From: Erysipelotrichaceae bacterium
GTDB taxonomy: Bacteria > Bacillota_I > Bacilli_A > ML615J-28 > CAG-313
NCBI GenBank assembly: GCA_015059015.1
Contig: SVBG01000005.1
Coordinates: forward strand, 16,724 to 80,723
Length of the DNA: 64,000 nt
Direction of reading: 5' to 3'
Position 1 is the first letter of the stretch, and each line of letters begins with the position of its first letter. Positions 63,723 to 64,000 of this stretch are shown one piece after another. The notes beneath the pieces were generated by a model. The model was given only the letters and a program-made list of their open reading frames with translations. It made no database searches and had not been told where the DNA came from. Both the position numbers and the translations under genes were made by a program.

Positions 63723-63751
63723 TTGACATCAAAGGTAATATTTGTTATAAT
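63723..63751 (+). promoter_or_regulatory. Consensus sigma-A promoter with ~235-nt leader toward the gene starting at the window edge
   Basis: TTGACA, 17-nt spacer ending in TGT, TATAAT (perfect consensus hexamers). Confidence 0.6.
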
Positions 63752-63986
63752 AAAGGTGTGGGAAAAAGCTCATACTCTAAGATAGTTGTAATAATTACCT
63801 TAAAGTATTTTGGATTAAAATTATTAGACTCGCTTAGAAATAAGGGAGTTTTTTCATTTATGACATATAATATAAATAATGGGAGGGGTTACACATGATT
63901 AAGATTTATTTGTTAAATATGGTGATTATCTTTGAAAATGTATTATTAAGCAATAAAGTTAATATGATTAAAAGGAGTGATATAAA

Positions 63987-64000
63987 ATGAAAAAGATATT
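63987..64000 (+). CDS. Start of an unidentified CDS truncated by the window end
   Basis: AAAGGAGTGA RBS 6 nt upstream of ATG 63987 (MKKI...). Only 4 codons are visible. Confidence 0.4.

Noticed and set aside
63689-63898. 69-aa ORF in the leader region after the tRNA
   Set aside because: It contains the consensus promoter and the terminator-like hairpin within its frame, and it has no RBS. The region is better explained as a non-coding leader.
1-64000. Alternative genetic code (TGA = Trp, as in Mollicutes), given the extreme AT-richness
   Set aside because: Long conserved genes are intact under the standard code, Trp positions in conserved motifs are TGG, and TGA is not needed inside any recognised gene.

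Overview
Strongly AT-rich chromosomal segment read with the standard genetic code (long intact ORFs, Trp encoded by TGG). It looks like a Bacillota genome: the gene order resembles Bacillus (gdpP-rplI-dnaB, prfA-prmC-tsaC-spoIIR-rpiB, ytqA-ytqB, rsmE-mtaB, cshB-nfo), and spore-related genes are present (spoIIR-like, pdaA-like, degenerate LytM). I call about 58 protein genes, one tRNA-Arg(CCG), many TTGAAA-17-TATAAT promoters (mostly with an extended TGn -10) and many intrinsic terminators. No CRISPR array, rRNA, intact IS element or prophage is visible. Best candidate for an undescribed system: nt 1-13310, a co-directional seven-gene locus. It has two interleaved SipW/archaeal-type signal peptidases, TasA/camelysin-like proteins carrying a shared TM + A-[KR]-Y signal motif, two ~400-aa proteins of unknown family, and a 2743-aa GLUG-repeat surface protein. 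Other notable items: (1) GdpP (c-di-AMP phosphodiesterase) fused in frame to a divergent full-length ribosomal protein L9 copy, directly upstream of the canonical rplI. (2) A 22-aa HxHxF..G.C.CG..DPNY.PP repeat (2 His + 2 Cys per unit) in four secreted proteins: two tandem GH5 lipoproteins, a phosphodiester-glycosidase protein and the giant protein. (3) A DUF1538 membrane protein with two P-II-like proteins, behind a promoter-proximal terminator-like hairpin. (4) A MarR regulator with a ~130-aa lysine-rich N-terminal tail near acpP. (5) A GNAT-CinA fusion. (6) A small islet of unknown genes with two XRE regulators and a 3.2 x 35-bp tandem duplication of a gene's 3' end. All family assignments come from motifs read by eye and remembered family signatures. 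No searches were run.
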